Notes: generated by a model from the letters alone, not told the origin. A DNA stretch of 64,000 bases from Planctomycetota bacterium (GCA_026421205.1 JAPKBM010000001.1:72272-136271); one strand, 5' to 3'. Positions 10,170 through 19,861 are shown, counted from the stretch's first letter. Made by a program: numbers and translations.

Positions 10170-10583
10170 TCACGAAAGCGGTGGACCGCGGTACCGTTGT
10201 AGGCCTGACAGCCTGAGCTCTTTCGGGTTAGACAAAAAGTGGTGTGCTCGACGGCACGCGCTAAACCTGTCTACAAAGACGAAAGAAGCCGAAGGCGCAA
10301 TGGGTGAGATCCTCTGCGTGCTTTCTTTGGTCTGTTTCCCGGGAAGGGCAAACCATGCATGTTCCGCAACTACATGAAATAGCTCTGCGGGAGCATCCCC
10401 TGACATTGGGTCAATCTGCTGATCGACGTGAGCCCCTTCGTGAGAATGCGCCACGCTCATGTGATGATCACTCGCAAGATGCCAAGGCAATATCAGAACA
10501 AAGGCCGACACAAATAACGTTGCCAAAAACCATATTTGGCGACGAAATTGTGGACTAGGGATTTGAACGGAGACGGTCGACAC
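10170..10583 (-). CDS. His-rich exported/membrane leader protein ending RGPPLS (DUF2946/CruR-like putative arrest peptide)
   Basis: GTG 10583 with TACACT 8 nt upstream; RR plus hydrophobic helix, WHLASDHHMSVAHSHEGAH, terminal YRGPPLS; directly upstream of the metal RND operon. Confidence 0.65.
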   Translation of the reverse strand: MSTVSVQIPSPQFRRQIWFLATLFVSAFVLILPWHLASDHHMSVAHSHEGAHVDQQIDPMSGDAPAELFHVVAEHAWFALPGKQTKESTQRISPIAPSASFVFVDRFSACRRAHHFLSNPKELRLSGLQRYRGPPLS

Positions 10584-10588
10584 GAGAT

Positions 10589-11755
10589 TTAAGTGTACAG
10601 GGCCGAAGAACGGTTTTTCCGAATTTTTTCGAGCCGTGCCGCGACGTCGGCGCGACGCTTTTGAAACAACGAGGGGTTCAAACAAAGCGTGGCAATCCAC
10701 AAGACAAGGGCTTCTTGGTCTCCTCGGTCAATCTCTTCTGCACGGGGGCCCTGACAAGTTCGGTCATCGGGAACATTGTGATAATTCCGCAAGGGCATCG
10801 CCAAACAAACTGCCCGTCGACCGTCGGCACACAAAGCAGTTGCTTCGCAGGACCCGCCGTCCATGAGTTTTCTTTGCCACTGGAAGCCGGGAACTTTTTT
10901 CTCTAACTCTAGGGCCGCCAAACGAAGGGACTCGCAAAGTTCTGCGTCAAACACAGAAGACCTATCCCCTACACGAAGAACGGGTCCGTCTCCGGGCAAT
11001 GCAGATGGAAGTTGAGGGGAACACTCCAAAACAATCGTCGGAGTGTCCGGCGAAAAACTTCCAAGGCGCAAACCCTCGAGGCAACCCACAAAACCATTTT
11101 CCTCACACCGCGTAAACCAAGCTTGAACAGGGCGATCCAGGCCATTCTTCTGCGCCAGCGCCATGCTAGCCAAAATGGTTGCCGCGCCAGCAAGATTGTC
11201 ACAGACCACATTACGAATTGTCTTTTGAGTCAGGCCATAGGGCACGTCCCATTCTCCAAGCCATCCCCCCTGAACTTCTCCCCTGCCCATCATTTTTAAT
11301 TGAAGAGGAAGTCGGCCGGTCTTTGCATCTTTTTTCCCGACGCCCACGACTTCCGCGCGCAAAGGACCATCCCCTGATTCAGGGTGAAATAAACGAACTT
11401 TCCCGCCAACCATACGACTCCCTGGGTGCCCTCCATAAAACGCGGCGTGAACCAACCCTTCTTCGGTCACGCGCTCCACCTGCATCGCTGGATGGTCCAA
11501 GTGAGCCAACAACGCTACCGACGGCTTTCCACGCTTCTTTCCAGGAACGGTGACGATTAAATTTCCGGCAGCGTCTGCCTTCACCTTCCAATCATGCTCT
11601 TTCGCCCATTGCCAAATAAAAGCAAGGGGAAGATTCTCTACATAAGGCGCCGTTGGGCAGCGAAGGAGCGAAAGCGCGGGTTCGGCAAAAGGGCGAACCG
11701 ATTTTTTCTGCCAATCCTTTGAGCGCGCACCACGGGGAAGTTGGAGGGATGCCAT
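10589..11755 (-). CDS. M42/M20-like dinuclear metallohydrolase
   Basis: DAAGN, AHLDH, CDNLAG, RCEE, DGGSCEA, NYHN. Confidence 0.75.
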   Translation of the reverse strand: MASLQLPRGARSKDWQKKSVRPFAEPALSLLRCPTAPYVENLPLAFIWQWAKEHDWKVKADAAGNLIVTVPGKKRGKPSVALLAHLDHPAMQVERVTEEGLVHAAFYGGHPGSRMVGGKVRLFHPESGDGPLRAEVVGVGKKDAKTGRLPLQLKMMGRGEVQGGWLGEWDVPYGLTQKTIRNVVCDNLAGAATILASMALAQKNGLDRPVQAWFTRCEENGFVGCLEGLRLGSFSPDTPTIVLECSPQLPSALPGDGPVLRVGDRSSVFDAELCESLRLAALELEKKVPGFQWQRKLMDGGSCEATALCADGRRAVCLAMPLRNYHNVPDDRTCQGPRAEEIDRGDQEALVLWIATLCLNPSLFQKRRADVAARLEKIRKNRSSALYT

Positions 11756-11805
11756 TCCCTCAAGATACTGAATCGGTCAAGCTCGTGGGCCAGGGAACAC
11801 GGAAC

Positions 11806-13059
11806 CTAATATAAGTTCAAGTGCCCGGGACTATAGTTGGGAAAGAAACCCTTTGGAGGCTCAAACCCAAGACTGCCGTGGAGAACTTCGGCCAATACAT
11901 CTCGGAAATCTGTGGTGACGGCCAAATCCCGGCCTTGATACAGCCCATCAGAAGTCAGACTCCTCCACTTTCCGTGAATTCGGCCGCCGCGGACACCACC
12001 ACCCAACACAAACATGCCCCCACCATGGCCATGGTCCGTGCCACTGTTTCCATTTTCCCGGAACGTGCGGCCAAATTCCGTCATCACAAGAATTGTCGTC
12101 GTATCGAGAATGGAACCGAGGTCGTCACAAAATGATTTTAGAGAATTTCCAAGATCCGCCAGGCGTGTATGGTGATTTCCCTCCACACCGCCTTGGCCTG
12201 CATGATCGTCCCAACCGCCATAATCTAAGCCAACAATTTCCAATCCTGAGCCGGATTTCAAAACCTTTGCGATGGACTGCAGCTTCTTTCCAAAATTTCC
12301 GCTTGGGTACTTCACACTAGACGTCCCTTTTTCCAGCAGATCCTGATACCGCCGAAGGGTTTCAATGGTCACTTTTCCAGACTTCACAACAACGTCTCCG
12401 TCTCTATCCATCATGGAATCGTCACCCTCCATCACGCCTCCGCCGACCCCATAGAATTCTTCAAATCGACTCAGCGTTTTTGCCCCCCTCTTTTTCTCCA
12501 TGGAACGGGGTACAGCGAGAACCGGGTAATTCCCTCTCAAGGAACGAGGGAGAAGTTTCTCCAAAGCCATCGCCCTAAACTCCGATGCGCCCTTCTTCTG
12601 CGTTGCCGCCAAGTATCGGTTTAGCCAGCCTGTGCGCACCGACCGATCTCCTGGCGCGGCAAATTCCATGAAGTCCTGCGCATCGAAGTGAGAACGTGTG
12701 GTGTGGGGAGATCCCACCATGACCACCGGAGCAAGTTTTTTTGACTTCCAAAGGCTTTCCCAAGCAGAGAGCCCAGGGTGCAGTCCAAATTTTGAATCCA
12801 ACTCCACCACACCATCTTCTTTGCGCAATCCAATGGTTGGCCGCGCCGAATGATAAGCATCATCTCGATAAGGAACGATCATGTTGAGAAAATCAGCACC
12901 ACCACGAAGATAAATGCACACCAGAGATCCCGGCTTTTTCTTTGTCCAAGAAAAAGACGAGCGAGAAAGAGCAAGGCTGGACGGACAAAGTGTAAATCCA
13001 GCCGTCAAACCTGCAGTTCGCAAAAAATCTCGGCGAGAGGGAGAATGATTACTTTTCAT
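11806..13059 (-). CDS. DUF1501 protein, Tat-exported
   Basis: SRRDFL; LRGGAD, SHFDAQ, GGWDDH, TEFGRT, GTDHG; start 13059 in ATGA overlap. Confidence 0.9.
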   Translation of the reverse strand: MKSNHSPSRRDFLRTAGLTAGFTLCPSSLALSRSSFSWTKKKPGSLVCIYLRGGADFLNMIVPYRDDAYHSARPTIGLRKEDGVVELDSKFGLHPGLSAWESLWKSKKLAPVVMVGSPHTTRSHFDAQDFMEFAAPGDRSVRTGWLNRYLAATQKKGASEFRAMALEKLLPRSLRGNYPVLAVPRSMEKKRGAKTLSRFEEFYGVGGGVMEGDDSMMDRDGDVVVKSGKVTIETLRRYQDLLEKGTSSVKYPSGNFGKKLQSIAKVLKSGSGLEIVGLDYGGWDDHAGQGGVEGNHHTRLADLGNSLKSFCDDLGSILDTTTILVMTEFGRTFRENGNSGTDHGHGGGMFVLGGGVRGGRIHGKWRSLTSDGLYQGRDLAVTTDFRDVLAEVLHGSLGFEPPKGFFPNYSPGHLNLY

Positions 13060-14612
13060 TGCTGCTGAAACTCCGGAGAACCCAAAAGAAGGCCGACAAG
13101 CTCGGGACCCAGAACCCTGGAATCTGGAACCCGCGCCTTCGCCAAGTATTGGTTGGTGATCGTGGAGAGCGCATTGCGCGTGCGCTTTCCAGCGCCGGAA
13201 GGCACAAGATACTCCGTCAAATAGTGTTGCCAAAGCCGGGGGACCTCTTGGGGGAGGCTGTCGTAATAGTTTGGAGGAATTTCTATCCCCTTTACTTTTC
13301 CGCCAGCAAGGCCTAGCGCAAATTCCCAGCGAAGAGCCATCACCCCTGGATCCAGCCACGACTCGGCCGTGTCGTAGTAGCCTGTAGGATCATCGCAGTG
13401 ATAGATCGGTTGCCCCATATCCATCAAGGCGCGATGCACCTTAGAGAAATCTGAGATCTCAACGTTTAAAGCACGAAAGGCACTCATAACGAACTCATAA
13501 GGCGTTTTAAATTTCGCCCGATAATGCTCACGGCTCCAAAATTCTTCCGAAGCAACCAAAGATTGAATCATGGAAGGGACATTACCCTTAGTCTTCTTGT
13601 AAGCCTTGGTGAGGCGTTTCACCAGAGAAGGAGGTGGGACGTCGGCGACAAAAAACCGAGCCAACTTCATGGATACAAACGCTGCAGTTCCTTTATGCCT
13701 AGCTAGCATCTGAACCATGGCCAAACCCTGCGCTTGAGGGTTCTCCTTGTCCTCCTTAAAGATTTTTCCCAATAACCTTTTGTCACCAAAAGCATGCATA
13801 TCCTTCCGAAACTCAAAGGTATGCGTACCTCGAGATCCCCCGCTAAACGTCCAACCGGTCAGGGCCCCGGCTAATGCGATGACATCTTTTTGTTTGTAAT
13901 AATTGTCAACCCCTAAAGTGTGGAGTTCCATGATCTCTCTCGCATAATTTTCATTCAGGCCTTTCTGACCTGCAATCGTGGCCGCCTCTTCTCCCTGCGA
14001 ACGAGAACCTGTCCGCCGGCGAACACGACGCTCCACGTCTCTCAGCTCTTGTTCCGTTGGCGGCTTACGAGAAAGATGATTGTCCAAATAATGAAGCATG
14101 GCGGGATGCTCCGCCGAAGCCATCAACATGTCCTCAAAATTTCCAAGCGTGTGCCGACGCACCACCGTGCGCTCATAGTCGCTGATTAAAATTCTCGCTT
14201 GATTTCCTTTTGTAAAGCTTACGTTCAAATGGTTCCGCCAAAAGTCACAAAGCACCTCCTCCAACTGCCGCTCTTTCTCTACGGCACGTCGAACCAAGGC
14301 CTGACTCAATTGCTTCCGAGGAATATTCTGGCGCTCCCTTGCCTTGCGGCGCGCCTCTTCTGATCCATCGTTTTCCTGATCCACTTCTGTGTACTCAAAA
14401 CATTCATGAGGCGTTAGGTCCAGCGTTTCCAATTCTTTCAACTGAGCGGTCAATGCGCGGTTGGGCTCAGGCGCTGACGACAACTGCTCTTCCAACCAGG
14501 CTTTTTCCCCCTGCTCAAGAAGCATGTCCAAGTCCTCAGGACGAGGCCCGTAAGCAAACCGATTCAATAAATGAATTGCTCGCTCTTTTCGGCTGAGTGG
14601 CTCCATGGACAT
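13056..14612 (-). CDS. DUF1800 protein
   Basis: HLLNRFAYG, FWRNH, PAMLHYLDN, NENYAREIMELHTLG, SPEFQ. Confidence 0.92.
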   Translation of the reverse strand: MSMEPLSRKERAIHLLNRFAYGPRPEDLDMLLEQGEKAWLEEQLSSAPEPNRALTAQLKELETLDLTPHECFEYTEVDQENDGSEEARRKARERQNIPRKQLSQALVRRAVEKERQLEEVLCDFWRNHLNVSFTKGNQARILISDYERTVVRRHTLGNFEDMLMASAEHPAMLHYLDNHLSRKPPTEQELRDVERRVRRRTGSRSQGEEAATIAGQKGLNENYAREIMELHTLGVDNYYKQKDVIALAGALTGWTFSGGSRGTHTFEFRKDMHAFGDKRLLGKIFKEDKENPQAQGLAMVQMLARHKGTAAFVSMKLARFFVADVPPPSLVKRLTKAYKKTKGNVPSMIQSLVASEEFWSREHYRAKFKTPYEFVMSAFRALNVEISDFSKVHRALMDMGQPIYHCDDPTGYYDTAESWLDPGVMALRWEFALGLAGGKVKGIEIPPNYYDSLPQEVPRLWQHYLTEYLVPSGAGKRTRNALSTITNQYLAKARVPDSRVLGPELVGLLLGSPEFQQQ

Positions 14613-14690
14613 TATTCCCATCCTAAGACAAAACCCCAAGAGCAGGCACAAGTTTCGTGGAAAGATTACCGCTTGAGGCGGAAAGCGATT

Positions 14691-16724
14691 TTATAGAAAA
14701 CGAAGATCAAGGGCAAACCGTGGGTCCATGGGGAGGAGGATTTCCGCACCCCCGAGGTCACCCACTACGGTGCTTCCCTTCCACGTCCAGGCGTAATCAA
14801 CGCCATTCGAACTTTTGAGCTCCAGGTCCATTTCCACGTGCACCCTCTCCCCAGGATTCCCAGAAAAATGGTGGGGAAATCCGCCCGTGTATTCCCATAT
14901 CAAACAGTACGGAATTGGAGACGGCAGCCTCTCATCTTCATCCAGCCAAGGGGATACATACCGAAGTTGAAAAATAGCGGGCGCCGTTTCCGGGTGCGCG
15001 AGACGCTCTAAAAGTGTCCGATCCATGCTGCCCCATGGCGCCCCACCATTCGCCTTTGCTAAATCTTTCGCCAACAAAGGGAGTCGGCTTTCGCGAAAGA
15101 TAAACCGAACCTTGCGCTCTTTCAGTATTTTTTCCGCCTGAGCCACTTCGGTCGCCAAATAAAATCTCGCCGCATCCCGATAACTATCTTCGCCAACGTA
15201 ACTCCCAAAATTTGTTCCGACGCTACCAACCTCGGCAACCCACTCTAAAGCATGTCCAATATCCCAAGGGCCTAGCCCGGAATGCGCCGACGTGCCCAAG
15301 GCTAAGGAAGCTGTCCCCTCCTGCCCTACCCACTCCAGCGCATCTCGTGTGGCCGCCGACCTCATGGATTGCGTCCACGGTCCTTGCCAATCCACGGAGA
15401 TAAATGCTGTAAGGCCGACTAAACCCGCGAATCCCACCAAAGAGCGCCTCTTTAAAACCTGCGTCAGCCACAAAGTAACGACCACGGCAATAGGCCCCAC
15501 GGCAAGATCACTAAAGCGGCGCTGAAGAAGAGCCTGCAAGATAACAACAGGAAGGATCACCAACCAAATCCGTAGCGCGGGACGATGCACTCGAAGAAAC
15601 GCCGTCCAGGCAAGAGGCGTCAACAAAACGGCAAGGCCCAGCCAACGCAAAACACCACCGGTCCCCGTCTGATCCGCGCGATAGAGCGGTTCCGATTCTG
15701 CAATGCCCGCCATAAATTCATTCCCCCGCGAAATCCATTGAAGCGCCTCTTGCATGCCCTCTCCTGGCCCCCAACGAAAGAGCCAAAGTAGAACGGCAAT
15801 ACTGAACGCAATCAAAGCAGACTGACGCGGTTTTTTGCTCCAAAAAATAAACGCGCCACCAAGGAGATAGAGCAAATGAAACCACGAAAGGTTCACAAAC
15901 ATCCATGGAGAATCTATCTTCCAGGGACTGGCAATAACTGCGGGAAGAACAGTCAACGCGGCGACCCCATGAAACCAAAGAGCAAAAGTGCGCGATTCAG
16001 TTTTCCTCTCTGCAAACAAGGACCAAAGAAGTGTCGCTTGCAACAAACCAATCGATAGCAAGGAAGGCACCCATGACCCCAGAAGAATTCCGGCAATGAC
16101 ACCGGAGAAAATCCCTGTTAAACGCATGCGTTTCTGGCTACTCGAGTCAAGCCATGCCCAAGAAGCAATGCCCCAAAGAAGTGTTGTGAAAAATGCCACA
16201 AACGCATGATGGTCGGCAACACCCCAGGCCGAAGTGTGCACCGATCCATAAGTCAATGCATGGAGAAGCCCAGCCGCAAGTGACGCGTCGGGTCGACGGG
16301 AAAGAAGAAAGACAATGCCTGCAATCAAACACGAAGTTAGAATTCCAAAAAGAAGGGGGATCGTTGCAACCCAATGCTCCACGTCGGCCTTTTTAGGCGA
16401 GTTGGGAAGAAAAACGCGTGCGGTTTGTAAAAGAAAAAAGTCGTAATAACTCGGCCATGGAATTTTTGCGCCGTACGGGTAATTCATCTGAGGGTCCTCC
16501 GAAGCAACCCCTCCTTCCCCTAAGCCTCGTGCAACTCGCCGCGCATGATAAAGGCCATCGGCATCTACACTGAACCAGCCGGTTTGCACTATTTGGCCGG
16601 GAAGTCGCTCCATACGCTGATCCTGCTTGACGCGCACCCAAAGACTTGCGCACAAGACCAGCCCAATCACCCCCACGAGAGACCACGGAAATCCACACCT
16701 CGCCGGAAGAGAAATGAGTTTCAA
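14691..16724 (-). CDS. AglB/STT3-like oligosaccharyltransferase
   Basis: Polytopic membrane protein with DGLYHARR, DPQMNYPYG, ADHH, GIAE (TIXE-like), QRRF, PWDIGH (WWDYG-like). Confidence 0.75.
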   Translation of the reverse strand: MKLISLPARCGFPWSLVGVIGLVLCASLWVRVKQDQRMERLPGQIVQTGWFSVDADGLYHARRVARGLGEGGVASEDPQMNYPYGAKIPWPSYYDFFLLQTARVFLPNSPKKADVEHWVATIPLLFGILTSCLIAGIVFLLSRRPDASLAAGLLHALTYGSVHTSAWGVADHHAFVAFFTTLLWGIASWAWLDSSSQKRMRLTGIFSGVIAGILLGSWVPSLLSIGLLQATLLWSLFAERKTESRTFALWFHGVAALTVLPAVIASPWKIDSPWMFVNLSWFHLLYLLGGAFIFWSKKPRQSALIAFSIAVLLWLFRWGPGEGMQEALQWISRGNEFMAGIAESEPLYRADQTGTGGVLRWLGLAVLLTPLAWTAFLRVHRPALRIWLVILPVVILQALLQRRFSDLAVGPIAVVVTLWLTQVLKRRSLVGFAGLVGLTAFISVDWQGPWTQSMRSAATRDALEWVGQEGTASLALGTSAHSGLGPWDIGHALEWVAEVGSVGTNFGSYVGEDSYRDAARFYLATEVAQAEKILKERKVRFIFRESRLPLLAKDLAKANGGAPWGSMDRTLLERLAHPETAPAIFQLRYVSPWLDEDERLPSPIPYCLIWEYTGGFPHHFSGNPGERVHVEMDLELKSSNGVDYAWTWKGSTVVGDLGGAEILLPMDPRFALDLRFL

Positions 16725-19700
16725 AATCTTAATGAGTAAACGACTTTCAAGGCCAAATCACTAGAAGTTGGAATCCAAACACTTCCGATCTCCTCCCGCC
16801 ATCCTGTATTCAGTACAAAAAATAATTCTTGCCCATCTTGCTGCATCCAACGCATTCGACTTTGCGCACCGAGCTCGTCTGATTGATTGTCGTATTGGAT
16901 AATATTTTTCCAACTCCAATCTGGAGAAAAAAACCAATCCACATCTGCGGAAACGACGCGGCTGGAAAAATCCCCTGCGGCGAGAAAGGCTTGGCTTTCT
17001 GAATAATCCAAGGCCATTCTGGAATGGGCGCTTGGTCGCCAAGAAAGTTCGAGGCCAGCCTTGGCCAACGTACCGTCATACCAAGTGCCAAATCCCCCAC
17101 CAACTTCCCATGCGAAATCTTCATTCATAGGAGACTCCCATGCAACTTCGGTATTCCACCAATCATGCCAACCAAGAGAAACCGGAATGTTGCCTGGGGC
17201 AAAGGAATCTGAGGTAACCCGGTCGCCTGCAATTTTCATGTCCCAACCAAATCGTGAACCATCATGCCATTCCATTCCGAGCAAATCCAACTTCACCTGA
17301 TGAGACATCACTCTTTTGTCTCCGTCCACCCAAACCGAGGGCCTGACTGAAAACGTATATCTCCGGACATCCCCCGAGCTAGGCCGGGGCTCCCAAAAGA
17401 AGCGTCCCTTCACAAGCGCTTGGCCAGGCCGACGGACATAACCCATGCCAGGATGAAATCGGCCCATAGCCGCAACCGTTTCCACGCTCATGTGTAAATC
17501 TTTCAGCCGAAGAGCTGCCTTCACCCCTGCGGCACCACCAATCTCTCCCGCCTCCTCATCATTACTTCGCACGAGCCAGGTGTTCCATGAAAAAAGGCCC
17601 GGAAACCATTCGGTATTAGAGTGCCGCCAGTCAAAGCCGGTCACCACATTCGAAGAAATGGAACCGGGATTCCCTGACGTCAACAGAGCTCCCACGGATG
17701 TTGTGGAATTCACATTCCAATTGGGTCGAAAGACCAAGAGATCTCCATCGGTTTGCGGAGAATCGTCCGTCGGCCCCGTATGAACCGCAAGCACCCCAAG
17801 GTCAAATTCCCCCATACGCCCGGTTAAACGAGCACCAGATTCCAAGGGAACTTCATTGCCACCGGAAAGCCCAATCGCCCGACTGTAAAAAGGAATGACT
17901 GTGTCGCTACCGCGCCAACCACCACTCGCACCAAAAGAAAAAAGTGTCGAATCCTCCAGGAAGAAATCTCTCTTCTCTGGAAAAAATAGCGAGTATTGCG
18001 TGAGGTTCACCCTTCGGTCATCAATTTCCGTCTCTGCAAAATCCGTATTTCGAGTAAAGCTTGCCTTCAACTGCGGCGTAATCCACCAATCAAATTCACC
18101 GCCCATTCCGGAAAGCCAGTCACTTTCTCCTCCATGCACATCGGTGCGTTTCGCCTTAATGTACGGCCGAAACTCAAGACCTAAACCTTGGTCGATTTCG
18201 GCGAAGCCTGTCATCTGGCCTGCTTGACTCACATTCATCACCCAATACTGACGCAATGGATTTGCCCAACGCCATTTTGTCCGAGAAGACCCACGGTACC
18301 TTTCAAAATTTATTCCCCACCGACCGGTTTCCCCTGCAGCAATCGTCTGGAAAGGGATTTCAATTTCTGCCGTCCAACGGTCTTCCCCCACCAGCGTCCG
18401 CCCTTGCCAAACGCCGTCCCATTGTTTATTAAAACTTTTGCCGTTCGCGCCAATCAAGCCGTCCCCTCTAGACCCTGCTGCGGACACCTGAAAAAAGTAT
18501 GCGTTTTTCCCATCTAAAAACGTGTCCAAAACAAACTCCACACGATCGTCCTCCCTCAAAAAGGCGTCTCGTTGCATTTGCTGAATGACCATGGAATCTG
18601 GATCTGGCTCCATGCAAACAAAGCCGACGTAAAGGGCTTTTTCCGTCCGCATCAACCAAACTTCCGTTTCTGGGTCTGGGTCGGCCCCCTCCACAGGAGT
18701 GACCTCTTTAAAGCCACGCAACTTTGTCGCCGACGCCCAAGAATCCTCGTCAAGCACTCCGTCCACCTGAGGGGGAACGTCAACATGAGGAACGTGAAAT
18801 TCTTGCGCAGTGACCAAACGGGCATCGGCGAAGAAAGCTGTGACGATGAGTACGAAAGGGGTTAACAGGCGGAATATTTTCCGTGTGAGACCCGTCAAGG
18901 GAACAGATTGGGGGTTCACAAGGGTCTCCTTTGAATCAGGTGGCAAGCGATACACATCGGCGGTGATTTTATGGTGCGTAATGGTATGGCGCACCGTGCC
19001 GAGGTGTTCCTGAAGGGTGCCTAGTTTAGAATGTTGTTTCAGCCAAGAGTCCGCGGCATTCGCTGCATTCACGGCCCCTGAAGAAAGCGTGACCATGGGA
19101 GGTTCCCAGAACCCCGTATTCCAGCCCTCGGATCGCTGATAAAGAAGACACTCATTTTCATCCCCCTTCAATCCAACTGCAAAATGAAGACGTGTCCAAG
19201 ATTTCTTTTTTGCAGCTACCGGATAATCTTGTGGTGATTCCGCGGTGCAGAAATCAGAAACCGGACAATTTTCACACTGCGGGGCTCGCGGTGTGCACAC
19301 GGTGGCACCTAATTCCATGATGGCTTCATTCAATTTCCCCGGTGCAGCAGGTCCGCGCGCATCCATCCAGGCCTGCGCCCAAATCTCTGACGCTTTATGC
19401 AGAGCCGTTGAGCCCGCAGGATGCAATAAAGACTGTTGACGCGCCGCAACCCTCTTGACATTTCCGTCCACCACAGCAATCGCTTCTCCGTTCACAATGG
19501 AAGCGATGGCCGCCGACGCATACCCACCCACCCCAGGAAGACGCTTCCACTCCTCCGCGGTGACGGGGTATCCATCTCCCCCTTCCACCACCATTTTTGC
19601 CGCCTGATGTAGCATTCGTACCCGTCGGTAGTAACCAAGGCCCGCCCAAATTTTTAAAATCTCTTCCTCTGAAGCCGCGGCAAAAGACTCTGGGGAAGGA

Positions 19701-19861
19701 TACAAATCCATAAAACGGAGCCAATAAGGGATCACCGCCTCCACACGCGTTTGCTGCAGCATGATTTCAGAAACCCAAACCCCCCATGAATCTTGCGACT
19801 TCCGCCAAGGCAGGTCCCTTTTCTTTTGTGAAAACCAATGAAGAAGCTGGCTTACCGGCAT
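16721..19861 (-). CDS. mutY: In-frame fusion: MutY adenine glycosylase (aa 1-~335) + signal-like helix + CBM9-like/DUF5916 outer-membrane protein
   Basis: VSEIMLQQT, GLGYYRR, HhH, VDGNVKRV, CTPRAPQCENCPVSDFC, HTITHH; then VDGVLDE..W, NTDFAETEID, NLTQYSLFFPEKRDFFLE and terminal KVVYSLRF. Confidence 0.85.
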   Translation of the reverse strand: MPVSQLLHWFSQKKRDLPWRKSQDSWGVWVSEIMLQQTRVEAVIPYWLRFMDLYPSPESFAAASEEEILKIWAGLGYYRRVRMLHQAAKMVVEGGDGYPVTAEEWKRLPGVGGYASAAIASIVNGEAIAVVDGNVKRVAARQQSLLHPAGSTALHKASEIWAQAWMDARGPAAPGKLNEAIMELGATVCTPRAPQCENCPVSDFCTAESPQDYPVAAKKKSWTRLHFAVGLKGDENECLLYQRSEGWNTGFWEPPMVTLSSGAVNAANAADSWLKQHSKLGTLQEHLGTVRHTITHHKITADVYRLPPDSKETLVNPQSVPLTGLTRKIFRLLTPFVLIVTAFFADARLVTAQEFHVPHVDVPPQVDGVLDEDSWASATKLRGFKEVTPVEGADPDPETEVWLMRTEKALYVGFVCMEPDPDSMVIQQMQRDAFLREDDRVEFVLDTFLDGKNAYFFQVSAAGSRGDGLIGANGKSFNKQWDGVWQGRTLVGEDRWTAEIEIPFQTIAAGETGRWGINFERYRGSSRTKWRWANPLRQYWVMNVSQAGQMTGFAEIDQGLGLEFRPYIKAKRTDVHGGESDWLSGMGGEFDWWITPQLKASFTRNTDFAETEIDDRRVNLTQYSLFFPEKRDFFLEDSTLFSFGASGGWRGSDTVIPFYSRAIGLSGGNEVPLESGARLTGRMGEFDLGVLAVHTGPTDDSPQTDGDLLVFRPNWNVNSTTSVGALLTSGNPGSISSNVVTGFDWRHSNTEWFPGLFSWNTWLVRSNDEEAGEIGGAAGVKAALRLKDLHMSVETVAAMGRFHPGMGYVRRPGQALVKGRFFWEPRPSSGDVRRYTFSVRPSVWVDGDKRVMSHQVKLDLLGMEWHDGSRFGWDMKIAGDRVTSDSFAPGNIPVSLGWHDWWNTEVAWESPMNEDFAWEVGGGFGTWYDGTLAKAGLELSWRPSAHSRMALDYSESQAFLAAGDFSSRVVSADVDWFFSPDWSWKNIIQYDNQSDELGAQSRMRWMQQDGQELFFVLNTGWREEIGSVWIPTSSDLALKVVYSLRF

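Noticed and set aside
13060-13359. N-terminal extension of the DUF1501 ORF containing PPPRGPP
   Set aside because: Lies in an alternative frame inside DUF1800; the real start is 13059 with a Tat signal, so this RGPP is incidental
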